A DNA stretch of 64,000 nt, taken from an uncultured Planctomycetales bacterium. Its GTDB lineage: Bacteria > Planctomycetota > Phycisphaerae > UBA1845 > JAFGLZ01. How positions within the stretch are numbered: position 1 is the stretch's first letter; every line of letters begins with the position of its first letter. The notes below the pieces were generated by a model. That model saw nothing but the letters and a program-made list of their open reading frames with translations. It made no database searches and was not told the DNA's origin. Below, piece by piece: positions 8,384 to 17,731 of the stretch. The DNA lies in NCBI GenBank assembly GCA_964446835.1, contig CAYUQT010000007.1:9176-73175 (forward strand), given 5' to 3'. The position numbers and the translations under genes were made by a program.

Positions 8384-10840
8384 GTGATCACCGCCTGCGT
8401 GTTGTCCTGTATCGTTCTGGGGGCCGTGCCCAGCGAGATCCTGTTTGAGGACGATTTTGAGTCGCCGCTGAACCCGGCCTGGCACATTCTCAGCGGCGAG
8501 CCGCGAACGATCGCCGACCCCGACACGCCCGACCGGCACATCCTGGAACTGACCCCCTCGAGCAGGATGATGGTCTATCTGAACAAGCCGGTTCAGGACC
8601 TTGTCTTCGAGGCTCGCGTGCGTTTCGCCGAACGGCGGGGCTGGGTCGAAGCCCCCTTTCTGCTGCGGTCCAGCCAGGACGGCCTTCGAGCCCTTCAGGT
8701 GTACATCGAGCAGACCACGGGGCGGATCATCGCCGTTCGTTTCAACAACGGCGTCCATCCGATGGCCGACGCCGTGAGCCCGATTCAACTGGAGATTGGC
8801 CCCTGGTATGACCTGAAGGTGGTGGCGATCGGCAGGCGGATCGGTGTCTGGCTGAACGGCCAACCGGCCCTGGCCTTTGTCGACCCGGAACCCCAGGCGG
8901 GGCATATCGGCATCCGGGTGGGCGACGCCCGGACGTACTACGACGGAATCCGCCTGTGGACACCCAACGACGAAGAGCGCAAAGAGCTCAGCCTGATGAG
9001 CTTCGCCGGCAAGTCCATTCCGGAGATTCGGGAAACCACTCTGACGCTGCCGGACGGGTCCAAGGCGACGCTCCGTTGCCCGGACGTGGTCGAGCCGCTG
9101 GTGCCGTTTGAGGTCGGTCTGGACGCGGCAGGCGGGGCGGAATATGCCCTCGTGGCCGGCAAGAAGACGTGGCCCATCCGGACAGGGACCCCGATTCAGT
9201 TATCGCTGGGCGGGGCCGAGGGAACCCGCACTCTGGAGCTGGTTCGCGGCGGACAGTCGGTGGGCAAGGTCGAGGTGTTGTTACGGGGTCACACCCGCTT
9301 CGAGGCGGGGCCCCTGACCGAACTCTTTCAGCAGATGCAGTATCGGGTACGAGGCGATCGGTCTTCGTTTCGCCGAAAGGGCCACGTTCTCCAGGCCAAT
9401 CCGACATGGGTCCGGGACCATATCCACGAAATGAAGGCGTACAAATACTGGGAGGGGGAGCTGACCAGCTTCATCGACACTTTGATTGAGCTGCAACATG
9501 CCGACGGATTCTTCTTCGAGATCATCGGCGAAGCCGCCCACGATCATCAGACGTTCGTCGGACCGAAGTTCTCCCGCGTGGAGAAGGACGACAATCTCTG
9601 CTTCATCCGGCTGGAGATGGAAGCCGACGTCGAGTATCTGATGACCGAGGCGGTTCACACGATCTGGCAGGCGACGGGGGATGCGGAGGGTCTCCGTCGA
9701 AGGTTGCCCGCCGTCGAGCGAGGCATCCGCTACAACATGACGGATCCCACGCGATGGGACGCCCAACACGGCGCCCTCAAGCGGACCTTCAGCATCGACA
9801 CGTGGGACTTCACGTACGGCGTCTCCGACGAGAACCGCCGGATCGAGCCGACCATGCCCATGGGCATCATGCACGGCGACAACAGCGGTCTCTACCAGGC
9901 GTGCCGGCAACTGGCGGCGATGCACCGGCGAACCGGCAACGCCGAACAGGCCGCACACTGGGAACGACAGGGGGCCGAGCTTCGCGAGCGAATCAATCGC
10001 CTCTGCTACAACGGCAAGTACTACACGCATCAGATCCTGCTGGCTCCGGTCAACACCGGGGTCAAGGAGGAGGACATCCTCTCGCTTTCAAACACCTATG
10101 ACATCACCCGTGGACTGCCGACGCACGAGATGGCCGTTCGAATCATCGATGAGTATCAGGCCCGCCGGGAGCTTCGGAAGAAGACGCATTTCGCCGAGTG
10201 GTTCTCGATCGATCCGCCGTATCCTGTGTTCGGTCCGTACAAGGCGGGGCAGTACATCAACGGGGGGATTGCGGGTTTTGTCGGCGGCGAGCTCGCCAAG
10301 GCGGCCTTGAACCACGGTCGCGAGGCCTATGGGGCGGACATCCTGCATCGAATCGCGCGAAAAGTCTCGGACGACGGCACGTTGTTCTTTCTCTACACCG
10401 CCGACGGCAAGGACATGAAGGGAGGGCCTCGCGGCTGGGGGGCAGCGGCGGTGATTTCGGCGATGATCGAAGGTCTTGCGGGCATCGAGGACCGTGGCGC
10501 ACAGTTCAAAGACGTGACGATCTCCCCGCGGTTCCTGGCGGCCGGAATCGACCGTGCTCGTGTGTGCGCGCGTTATGGCCCGACGGCGGCGTACGTCGCG
10601 ATGGACTACGAGCATCGGCCTGCGGATCGGACGCTTCGCCTGCGGCTGACCGGTGTGGCGGAGAAGACCCGCGTGAGGGTTCTGCTGCCCGAAGGGACGA
10701 AGCGGGCATATGTTTTAGAGCCGCAAGGGCTTAAGACTGAATCCGAGCGAGTTGAGCGATCGAGCTATGTTGCGTTGGACCTGCCTGGGCCCCTATCGGA
10801 AGGGGTGGTCGAGGTTGTCGTTGCGTGCCGGAACGAATGA
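8384..10840 (+). CDS. secreted two-domain protein: N-terminal DUF1080/LamG-like domain fused to an (alpha/alpha)6 six-hairpin glycosidase-like domain
   Basis: GTG start 8 nt after GGAGG. The N-terminal 200 aa resemble the upstream DUF1080 protein. The C-terminal 550 aa show six-hairpin glycoside hydrolase-like motifs (MGIMHGDNSGLY, GGIAGFVGGE, GWGAAAVISAMIEG). Confidence 0.6.
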   Translation: MITACVLSCIVLGAVPSEILFEDDFESPLNPAWHILSGEPRTIADPDTPDRHILELTPSSRMMVYLNKPVQDLVFEARVRFAERRGWVEAPFLLRSSQDGLRALQVYIEQTTGRIIAVRFNNGVHPMADAVSPIQLEIGPWYDLKVVAIGRRIGVWLNGQPALAFVDPEPQAGHIGIRVGDARTYYDGIRLWTPNDEERKELSLMSFAGKSIPEIRETTLTLPDGSKATLRCPDVVEPLVPFEVGLDAAGGAEYALVAGKKTWPIRTGTPIQLSLGGAEGTRTLELVRGGQSVGKVEVLLRGHTRFEAGPLTELFQQMQYRVRGDRSSFRRKGHVLQANPTWVRDHIHEMKAYKYWEGELTSFIDTLIELQHADGFFFEIIGEAAHDHQTFVGPKFSRVEKDDNLCFIRLEMEADVEYLMTEAVHTIWQATGDAEGLRRRLPAVERGIRYNMTDPTRWDAQHGALKRTFSIDTWDFTYGVSDENRRIEPTMPMGIMHGDNSGLYQACRQLAAMHRRTGNAEQAAHWERQGAELRERINRLCYNGKYYTHQILLAPVNTGVKEEDILSLSNTYDITRGLPTHEMAVRIIDEYQARRELRKKTHFAEWFSIDPPYPVFGPYKAGQYINGGIAGFVGGELAKAALNHGREAYGADILHRIARKVSDDGTLFFLYTADGKDMKGGPRGWGAAAVISAMIEGLAGIEDRGAQFKDVTISPRFLAAGIDRARVCARYGPTAAYVAMDYEHRPADRTLRLRLTGVAEKTRVRVLLPEGTKRAYVLEPQGLKTESERVERSSYVALDLPGPLSEGVVEVVVACRNE

Positions 10841-11122
10841 GGTGCGGGAAGGTTATCCGTTGAAGCACTCAGCGACGATGTGGTGTCCCCTTGTGACATG
10901 GATGATGGGTGCCCCGTCAGCCGCCTTGGTGGTTGATTCATCGAGGTCTTTCTGAAGCGTGTGGCGGTTGCGACCATTGCCACGCCCTTACCAACAGGAT
11001 ATGTTTGTAATGGACACTGGTGGGTTGGCGCAGGGGTTGGGTGATCGGATGGGTCCCATCGGGGTCTGGGCTCTTCGTTCGAGACGTCAAGTCGCAATAT
11101 CTGTCTGCCGTTGAGAGGTTGA

Positions 11123-11785
11123 ATGTCCGTGCGAAGAGGGCGAGGCGAGGTGTCGACATCCATGACGAGCACGGAATCAATCGCAGCGAAGCTCGATCCG
11201 GATTTCATCCGGTTGATGATCGAGGAATTGAGCGGTCAGAGAGGCAAGTCCAAGGCCGCGGACATGAGCGGCACCTGGGAGGGGCAGGCGGAACCGGAAG
11301 CGGAACCCCTCCCCGATCCGTTCGCTCCTGAGCCATCGTCCAAGTCGGAAGACATCGGCGACGCCATACTCGTGGAAGAGGAAAGTCCCGCGGGTCAAAC
11401 GCCGCTGTTCCCCGAGGTGGTTGTGGGAGATCGCAAGAAGGGATCGACCTCCCTGACGGGTCAAGAGGCCGTTGCCCCCGGCGGGCGTGTGAAGATAATC
11501 CTTCGTGTGGCGGAACCCGACCTGCCCGAGCGAACGGTGAGTCTGACGCGCAAGCCCATGACGATCGGGCGGGGACGAGACGCCGACATTGTGCTGAAGG
11601 ATGCCGGCGTCAGCCGTCATCATGCACAAGTCGAAGCCGGTGAAGACTGTATTCTCGTTCGTGACTTGCACAGCCGTAATGGAACGATGGTAAACGACCA
11701 TTCGATCCAGGAACACGAGGCCTTTCCGGGCGATTTCATTCGCATCGGCAGAACCATCATCCGGATTCATCAGACCAAAGACTAA
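11123..11785 (+). CDS. FHA-domain protein
   Basis: Disordered acidic/Pro-rich N-terminus followed by a C-terminal FHA domain (MTIGRGRDADIVLKDAGVSRHHAQV...SRNGTMVND). The stop is 10 nt before the next gene. Confidence 0.75.
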   Translation: MSVRRGRGEVSTSMTSTESIAAKLDPDFIRLMIEELSGQRGKSKAADMSGTWEGQAEPEAEPLPDPFAPEPSSKSEDIGDAILVEEESPAGQTPLFPEVVVGDRKKGSTSLTGQEAVAPGGRVKIILRVAEPDLPERTVSLTRKPMTIGRGRDADIVLKDAGVSRHHAQVEAGEDCILVRDLHSRNGTMVNDHSIQEHEAFPGDFIRIGRTIIRIHQTKD

Positions 11786-11795
11786 GGGAGACCTC

Positions 11796-13466
11796 ATGAG
11801 AAGCCGGATGAGTCGTTCCCCATGGCTGACAGCGGTACCGGTGGTCGTGGTATTCCTGTCTGCTTGCGTCGCGGCTTGTGCAGAGGACGCAGCCCCTACC
11901 TCGGCTCCGACCACGACGCAGGCGGCGACGTCGCGTCCCGCCGTTGTTCCTGCCGCAACTCCAAGGGTGTCGCACGATTTTCTGATGGGGCCCGTACCGT
12001 TCGCGATCTTCGCCGTCTGGTTGGCCGCATGCCTCTACTGTACGACCTGGGCGCAGCAGCACCTGTCGATGCCCGGTGAAAGAAAGGCCCTGATCAACTG
12101 GCTGTTGCTGCCGACGGGCCCCGTGGGTCTGGCGGTAGTCTGGTACATCGAGAAGAACCCCCGGCTTCGCGAGCAGGTCAGTGAGCTTCTGGGCAGGATC
12201 GTGCCTCATCGCGCCGCGAGCGTGCCCAAGGAGAAGGCCCGAACGGTCGAGCTGGTGCTGTGCAACTCGGACGGGACTCCGGTGGGATCGCTCGGTTCCC
12301 GCAAGGCCTTCGCGCACGATTCGCTGGAACTGGCGAAACGGATTATCCACGAGGCCCTCGATCGCCGGGCATCGGATGTTCTGATCGATCCGCGGAGCGG
12401 GGACATCCATCTGGTTCGCTACCGAATCGACGGCATTCTGCAAGAGGTGGCTCGGCTGCCAGCCGATGAGGGCGTGGCGGTCGTCAACTGCTTCAAGGTG
12501 GCGTCACGGTTGGACATCAGCGAGCGTCGCCGCGCACAGGACGGGGCGTTTCTGGCCAAGCTGGGTGACCGGGAGATCAAGCTCCGTTCGGCCACCGCCG
12601 GCACCCTGTACGGCGAGAAGATGGCGATCCGGATTTTCGACACTCAGGCGGGGCTAATCAGCCTCGACAACGTGGGGATGAACGACCACGAGCAGCAGCA
12701 GATCCGGCAGTTCGTGGAGCGCAGCGACGGGATGGTCCTTGTGGCCGGTCCGACCGGGAGCGGCAAGACGACGTCGATCTACGCCGCGCTGAACCTGCTG
12801 GCCGGGAAGGGCCGGAACATCGTGACGATCGAGCAGCCCATCGAATACCCCCTGCCCTATGCCAGCCAGACGGAGGTGAATCCCAAGGCGGGGATCACGT
12901 TTGCGGCCGGACTGAGATCCATGATGCGGCAGGATCCCGACGTGATTCTGGTGGGCGAGATTCGCGACCGTGAGACGGCCGAGACGGCGCTTCAGGCCTC
13001 GCAGACGGGGCACCTGGTTCTGTCGACGATCCACAGCAACGACGGGCTGACCGCCCTGGCGCGGCTGGTGGAATTCGGCATCGAGCCGTTCTTGATCTCG
13101 ACGAGTCTGACGGCAGTGCTCTCGCAGCGGCTGGTGCGCACGCTCTGTCCGCACTGCAAGGAAACGGCGAATATTTCGCAGAAGCTTCGGCGCGAGGGCG
13201 CCAAGAGGCAGATTGCCCTGGGCAAGGTGTACGTGGCCAGTGGCTGTGAGGAGTGCGAGGGCACAGGATACGTCGGTCGGACGGGCATCTTTGAGATTCT
13301 CCCGTTGAGCAAGGACATGGGCCAGCTCCTCACCCTTCGGCCCTCTCTGGGCACGATCCAGGCGCAGGCTCAGAAGGAGGGGCTGGTCACGATGCGTCAA
13401 CGGGGCATTGAGAAGGTTCTACAGGGTGTCACAACGGTGGACGAGGTTGTCCGCGTAACCACCTAG
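11796..13466 (+). CDS. GspE/PilB-family (type II secretion / type IV pilus) ATPase with N-terminal membrane anchor
   Basis: RBS AAGGGAG. Residues 1-120 carry a signal-peptide-like segment plus two further TM helices. They are followed by an N2E domain, Walker A (GPTGSGKTT), Asp box, Walker B, His box and the tetracysteine zinc motif (CPHC...CEEC). The canonical N1E domain is absent. Confidence 0.8.
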   Translation: MRSRMSRSPWLTAVPVVVVFLSACVAACAEDAAPTSAPTTTQAATSRPAVVPAATPRVSHDFLMGPVPFAIFAVWLAACLYCTTWAQQHLSMPGERKALINWLLLPTGPVGLAVVWYIEKNPRLREQVSELLGRIVPHRAASVPKEKARTVELVLCNSDGTPVGSLGSRKAFAHDSLELAKRIIHEALDRRASDVLIDPRSGDIHLVRYRIDGILQEVARLPADEGVAVVNCFKVASRLDISERRRAQDGAFLAKLGDREIKLRSATAGTLYGEKMAIRIFDTQAGLISLDNVGMNDHEQQQIRQFVERSDGMVLVAGPTGSGKTTSIYAALNLLAGKGRNIVTIEQPIEYPLPYASQTEVNPKAGITFAAGLRSMMRQDPDVILVGEIRDRETAETALQASQTGHLVLSTIHSNDGLTALARLVEFGIEPFLISTSLTAVLSQRLVRTLCPHCKETANISQKLRREGAKRQIALGKVYVASGCEECEGTGYVGRTGIFEILPLSKDMGQLLTLRPSLGTIQAQAQKEGLVTMRQRGIEKVLQGVTTVDEVVRVTT

Positions 13467-13477
13467 ACGGAGCGTCC

Positions 13478-13984
13478 ATGATTCTTCTCGGCGGAATATT
13501 GGTGGCTTCGTTCATGGCCTGGCAGATCCGGGTATACGGCACGTACCTGGCCCTTTGCGATGCGCTCGGACTGGTCGTGGGCGCCGGGGCGACCGTGGCG
13601 TTCGGGGCCTCGGTGGGAGATGTGATCCCGTGGACCCACCCGCTGAAGGGCACTGCCAGCGCGGCCGGCACCTTCGTGGTGGTCTGGATGATGTTTCGAT
13701 CGGTAACCCGGTCGTTCGCGGGGGGCCAGAATGTGGATTTCGGCAGGTCGTTGGACACTGTCGGAGGCGGGGCCTTTGCCTTTGTGGGGATCATGGTGTT
13801 CATCGGCACGACGTCGTTGATCGCATTGACCTCGGGTCGGCAGCTTCCTCAGCAGCAGATGCTGGCCGAACCCCTCCGGCAGGCGGCGTCGATTGGCCTG
13901 GGTGCCGCCCGTTTCGTTGCCTGGTTTGTCGGGAGCACGCAAGACCTTACCCTGGACGTCGTCTTGAAGCATCTGACGACGTAG
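13478..13984 (+). CDS. CvpA-family membrane protein
   Basis: Four predicted TM helices. The N-terminus (MILLGGILVASFMAWQ) is typical of the colicin V production CvpA family. It starts 12 nt after the ATPase gene. Confidence 0.55.
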   Translation: MILLGGILVASFMAWQIRVYGTYLALCDALGLVVGAGATVAFGASVGDVIPWTHPLKGTASAAGTFVVVWMMFRSVTRSFAGGQNVDFGRSLDTVGGGAFAFVGIMVFIGTTSLIALTSGRQLPQQQMLAEPLRQAASIGLGAARFVAWFVGSTQDLTLDVVLKHLTT

Positions 13985-14035
13985 CGCATGCCTGAAGGGA
14001 TCGCTGCATTCCCTGAGAAGTGATGTTCTCTCTTC

Positions 14036-14314
14036 TTACGTGCCCGTGGTGTTGGCGTTATTGTCGGTATTCGTGGCTTGATTCTGATTGGAGAGGAACG
14101 TTGTAGCTTGGGTCACGATCGGTGCGAGCCATCCCCAGCTCTGAGCAGCCACCTGGAAGGGCCAGCTCAGCAGTCCCGAAGAACCGGTGAGCCCCAGGGG
14201 AATGTAGATGTTGAAGGACAGGTTCCCCAGGCCGCAGCCCGTCGAGCCAAACAACAGCACCCCACACAACCCCAGACACACCCAAGCCTGCGAACGTGAT
14301 CGACGGGATCCCAT
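14036..14314 (-). CDS. small secreted/lipo-protein (92 aa) with Asn/Thr-rich tail
   Basis: ATG at 14312-14314 preceded by GAGGAAGG. Signal peptide with LFGSTGC lipobox-like cysteine; the C-terminal tail is SNQNQATNTDNNANTTGT. Confidence 0.45.
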   Translation of the reverse strand: MGSRRSRSQAWVCLGLCGVLLFGSTGCGLGNLSFNIYIPLGLTGSSGLLSWPFQVAAQSWGWLAPIVTQATTFLSNQNQATNTDNNANTTGT

Positions 14315-14689
14315 AGTATCCTTCCTCGCGCACACTGTGTGCCACCATAGGCATTGTCGGCAAACCCACGAGGAAAGCTTGAGTAACGTTGGGTGTGCGA
14401 ATCGTGATCCAGACACTCCGTGTCCGGTATGCGGGGGCGTTCCGGAGTGGATCCTGCCCTGCCATCGGCCTCCTGAGGCCTTTGTGGTGGGTGAAGCCAA
14501 GTTCGGCGGACGAGGAAGTCGGCCAACGGGAATCGCCATCAATTCCAAGGACCGGCATTTTTGTGTGTGATCCATCCGAAGAATCTGCTATTCTGCAACC
14601 GTTCGGAATCGAGCGAGAGACGAGCATCCGCTCGGCCCGGCCGCGAAGGAGTCGCGTCCAAACCGGGCCTCGCGGCGGAGCACCCATCC

Positions 14690-15319
14690 ATGAGCGATGA
14701 CGCGATCAGGCGGACTGACCCCGATCGGGTCAGCGAATATTTTGGTACATACGAAAACGGGATGGTCCGGCTGGATGCTCCCATCCTCTGGAGCAATGGG
14801 ACTCGCGTCGTCGTCCGGGTGGCCGAGCCGGACATGATGAAGCAGCCCGAACTGGGCCCCGTTGTTATCGCGGGTTTCGGCTTGGCGGGTCGGTGGGTGG
14901 CCGACATCTTCGACCGTCACCATATCGACTATGTGATCGTGGATGAGAACGCCCAGACGGTGGAGGCCCAGCGAGGACTGGGACGGCACGTGGTTCTGGG
15001 CGACATCAGTCAGGAGTCGACGCTTCGCGAAGCCGGTATCGAGAAGGCCTCGATCCTGGCCTTGACGGTGCCGGACGAACAGGCGGTCTTGCAGGCGACA
15101 CAGTTGGCGCGTCGACTCAAGCCGGACCTATACATTGTCGCACGAACGACACACACCTCGGCCGGAATGCAGGCAACGCAGTTGGGCGCGGACGAGGTGG
15201 TCAAGGCCGAGCAGGCGGTCGCCCGGCAGTTTTACGAAATGCTGCTCCGAAAGGTGGGAGGTGCGCCGACCAACGGCCAAGCCGTTCGGCCCGCCGTCCA
15301 CTCTTCCCAGAAGACCTGA
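14690..15319 (+). CDS. TrkA-N (RCK N-terminal) NAD-binding domain protein
   Basis: Rossmann motif VVIAGFGLAGRWVA, typical of the Trk/Ktr RCK domain. About 45-aa N-terminal extension. Confidence 0.65.
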   Translation: MSDDAIRRTDPDRVSEYFGTYENGMVRLDAPILWSNGTRVVVRVAEPDMMKQPELGPVVIAGFGLAGRWVADIFDRHHIDYVIVDENAQTVEAQRGLGRHVVLGDISQESTLREAGIEKASILALTVPDEQAVLQATQLARRLKPDLYIVARTTHTSAGMQATQLGADEVVKAEQAVARQFYEMLLRKVGGAPTNGQAVRPAVHSSQKT

Positions 15320-15358
15320 ACCCCAACCTCGCCAGAACAACGAAGGGAAGCCCTGCCG

Positions 15359-17578
15359 ATGTCACAGTTGAAAACAGCGCGATTGTTCCTTCTTATGGCC
15401 CTCGTAAGCAGCGGCACGCAAGCCGAGCAGCTTGTCTTCAAGAGCGACTTCTCGAATGATCCTGCGGGCAAGCCGCCCGCTCGACCCGAGGGCGCCGGAA
15501 GCGCGGGCTGGCAGATCGCCGGCAACATCGTCGTGGCCACCGGACCGGACGGAAACCACTACCTTCGGGCCCAACGCACCAGCGGATCGACCGGCGCTAA
15601 TGCACTGCTGAGCCAGGAAGCTCAGAAGGCCATCCGGGGCCGCCGACTGCTGGTTCGCTTTCAGGTCTGCAAGCACTCGTCGGACAGCGGGCCTGCGGCC
15701 GTGGCGTCGTTCAACGGGACGGTGGGCAACGACAGCCGCACGTTTCAGGTTCAGTTTCAGCCTGACGGCAGCATCGCCCGGGTTTCGGGCGGCGACTTTC
15801 TCGATGTGCCTGCCATCTCCTTCGCCTGCGATGCCTGGCAGCGGGTGACGATTCTGGCGGACTTCAAGCTGCACACCTTCGACGTGGACATCGAAGGGAG
15901 GGTGGTGCGAGGTCTTCCGTTCGTTACGCCGCAGGACACCATTCAGCAGGTGTTTTTCGGTCCGAACGGCGATCACGTCCAGGTGTTCTTCGACGACATC
16001 ACGATGGTGGTCGACCCAACGACGGAAACGTTGGCGGCAGCAGCGCCGCGACACGCTCTTCCGAAGGCATCCGCCGGTGTACCCGCCGCGGGTGGACGGG
16101 TTTTCGATGTGGGGAGCAAGGCCCAGCTCTTCATCGACAAGGTGCTCGTGCGCCGAAGCGACCGCGTGTGGTGGACGCAGCACATGGGCCGCAAGCATCC
16201 GGACAACCCCCTGCTCAAGGTCGATCAGCCATGGGAAGGCTGGCGGAACTATGTCTATGGAGACGTGATTTACGACGAGCAGGAGAAGCTCTTCAAGATG
16301 TGGTACATCACCGTCGGGGACTATCAGCATGGCATGGACTACTTCGATGACCTGGCCGTGACGTGCTATGCCACCAGTCCCGACGGCATCCGATGGACCA
16401 AGCCGCTGGTCGGCACGCTTCCCAGCAAGAACGGCAAGCCGCACAACGCAATCGGGTACTTTCACATGGTCTCGGTGAACAAGGATATCAGCGAGCCCGA
16501 TGCGCAGAGGCGATACAAGATGGTCGGCTGGTCGAACAAACCTCAGGGGTATTTCGGTTTCGTCTCGCCGGACGGGCTCACGTGGACGCGCGTCGGCAGC
16601 AAGCCCGTGTCGCCGGGCGGTGACGTGATCACCGGATTCTGGGATACCTACCGACGGCAATGGGTTGCGTTTCCCAAGATTGGCACGAGGGTCCGCGGTT
16701 TCGATCGGCGGGTGTTCTACACGATCACAAGCCCCGACTTCGTCACGTGGAGCGAGCCCGTGCTGTCGTGGACGGTGGACGAGCGCGACGACGCGGGCAC
16801 CCTGGCGCGGATCGAGCAGGTCCGCCCGATCCTCGACCGCCGCGACAATCCTCCGCTCATGCGGACGGAGTACTACGGCATCGGGGCGTATCCGCACGAA
16901 AGCTGTGTTATCGGCTTTCCGTGGGTCTTCTCCATCAACAACAACGCTCGATACGGCAACCAGGAGGGACCGCAGGAGATTCAGCTCGGGGTCTCGCGCG
17001 ATTGCGTCACCTGGGAGCGTCCGTTCCGCCTGCCCATCATTGAAATCGGGAAGCTGAACCAGTGGGATGCCAGTTACCACACGACCGCCTCCAAGGCCAT
17101 TCGCGTGGGAGACGAGGTCCGGCTCTATTACGGCGGGGCCAACTACACGCACGGCTCGCCCTGCCTGTACAAGGCCTCGGACCCGGCCACAGGGCAGGAC
17201 TTCGGGCGGCGAACGCGTTTCACAGCGAGCGTAGGACTGGTGACGTGGAAGCTCGACCGCTTCGTATCCGTGGACGGCCCGCCGGATGGGGGCTCACTGA
17301 CGACGGTCCCGTTGCGTTTTTGCGGGGACCGGCTTGAGATCAACGCACGTACCGAAGCCGCAGGGCAAGTGACGGTGGAGCTTCTGGACGCCGCCGAGCG
17401 GCCCATCGAGGGCGTTTCGGCCTCGGAGCCCTTCCGCGGCGACGAACTGTGTCATGTCGTGAGATTCCCGGGGGGCAACACGCTCGGCAAACTCGTTGGA
17501 AGACCCACAATGTTGAGATTTCATCTGAAAGACGCCCAGCTCTTCGGTTTCGCGTTTCGGCAGGGACACAGGGGCTGA
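15359..17578 (+). CDS. secreted glycoside hydrolase-like protein (N-terminal lectin-like domain + beta-propeller GH43/GH32/GH130-like domain)
   Basis: Signal peptide (LFLLMALVSSGTQA). Repeated blade motifs (IRWTKP, GLTWTRVG, FVTWSEP, CVTWERP). RBS AAGGGAAG. Confidence 0.6.
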   Translation: MSQLKTARLFLLMALVSSGTQAEQLVFKSDFSNDPAGKPPARPEGAGSAGWQIAGNIVVATGPDGNHYLRAQRTSGSTGANALLSQEAQKAIRGRRLLVRFQVCKHSSDSGPAAVASFNGTVGNDSRTFQVQFQPDGSIARVSGGDFLDVPAISFACDAWQRVTILADFKLHTFDVDIEGRVVRGLPFVTPQDTIQQVFFGPNGDHVQVFFDDITMVVDPTTETLAAAAPRHALPKASAGVPAAGGRVFDVGSKAQLFIDKVLVRRSDRVWWTQHMGRKHPDNPLLKVDQPWEGWRNYVYGDVIYDEQEKLFKMWYITVGDYQHGMDYFDDLAVTCYATSPDGIRWTKPLVGTLPSKNGKPHNAIGYFHMVSVNKDISEPDAQRRYKMVGWSNKPQGYFGFVSPDGLTWTRVGSKPVSPGGDVITGFWDTYRRQWVAFPKIGTRVRGFDRRVFYTITSPDFVTWSEPVLSWTVDERDDAGTLARIEQVRPILDRRDNPPLMRTEYYGIGAYPHESCVIGFPWVFSINNNARYGNQEGPQEIQLGVSRDCVTWERPFRLPIIEIGKLNQWDASYHTTASKAIRVGDEVRLYYGGANYTHGSPCLYKASDPATGQDFGRRTRFTASVGLVTWKLDRFVSVDGPPDGGSLTTVPLRFCGDRLEINARTEAAGQVTVELLDAAERPIEGVSASEPFRGDELCHVVRFPGGNTLGKLVGRPTMLRFHLKDAQLFGFAFRQGHRG

Positions 17579-17731
17579 GGAGGGAGGCCGGGGAGGGGTA
17601 GCGGTAGTCCGAGGGTCTCGAAAAAGTGGCCTGTCGCGGCGGCCCTTGCCCTTGTCAGATGAGGGGTCCGGGAGATATGCTGTAGGATTTACGATGTTGA
17701 TAAGCCTTCAGAATCGAGGGAGTTGCGTCTG

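Noticed and set aside
15362-17152. 596-aa ORF on the minus strand, antisense to the secreted glycoside-hydrolase gene
   Set aside because: Arg/Pro/Gly/Ala-rich low-complexity translation typical of antisense frames in GC-rich DNA. The plus-strand ORF has clear domain structure, a signal peptide and an RBS.
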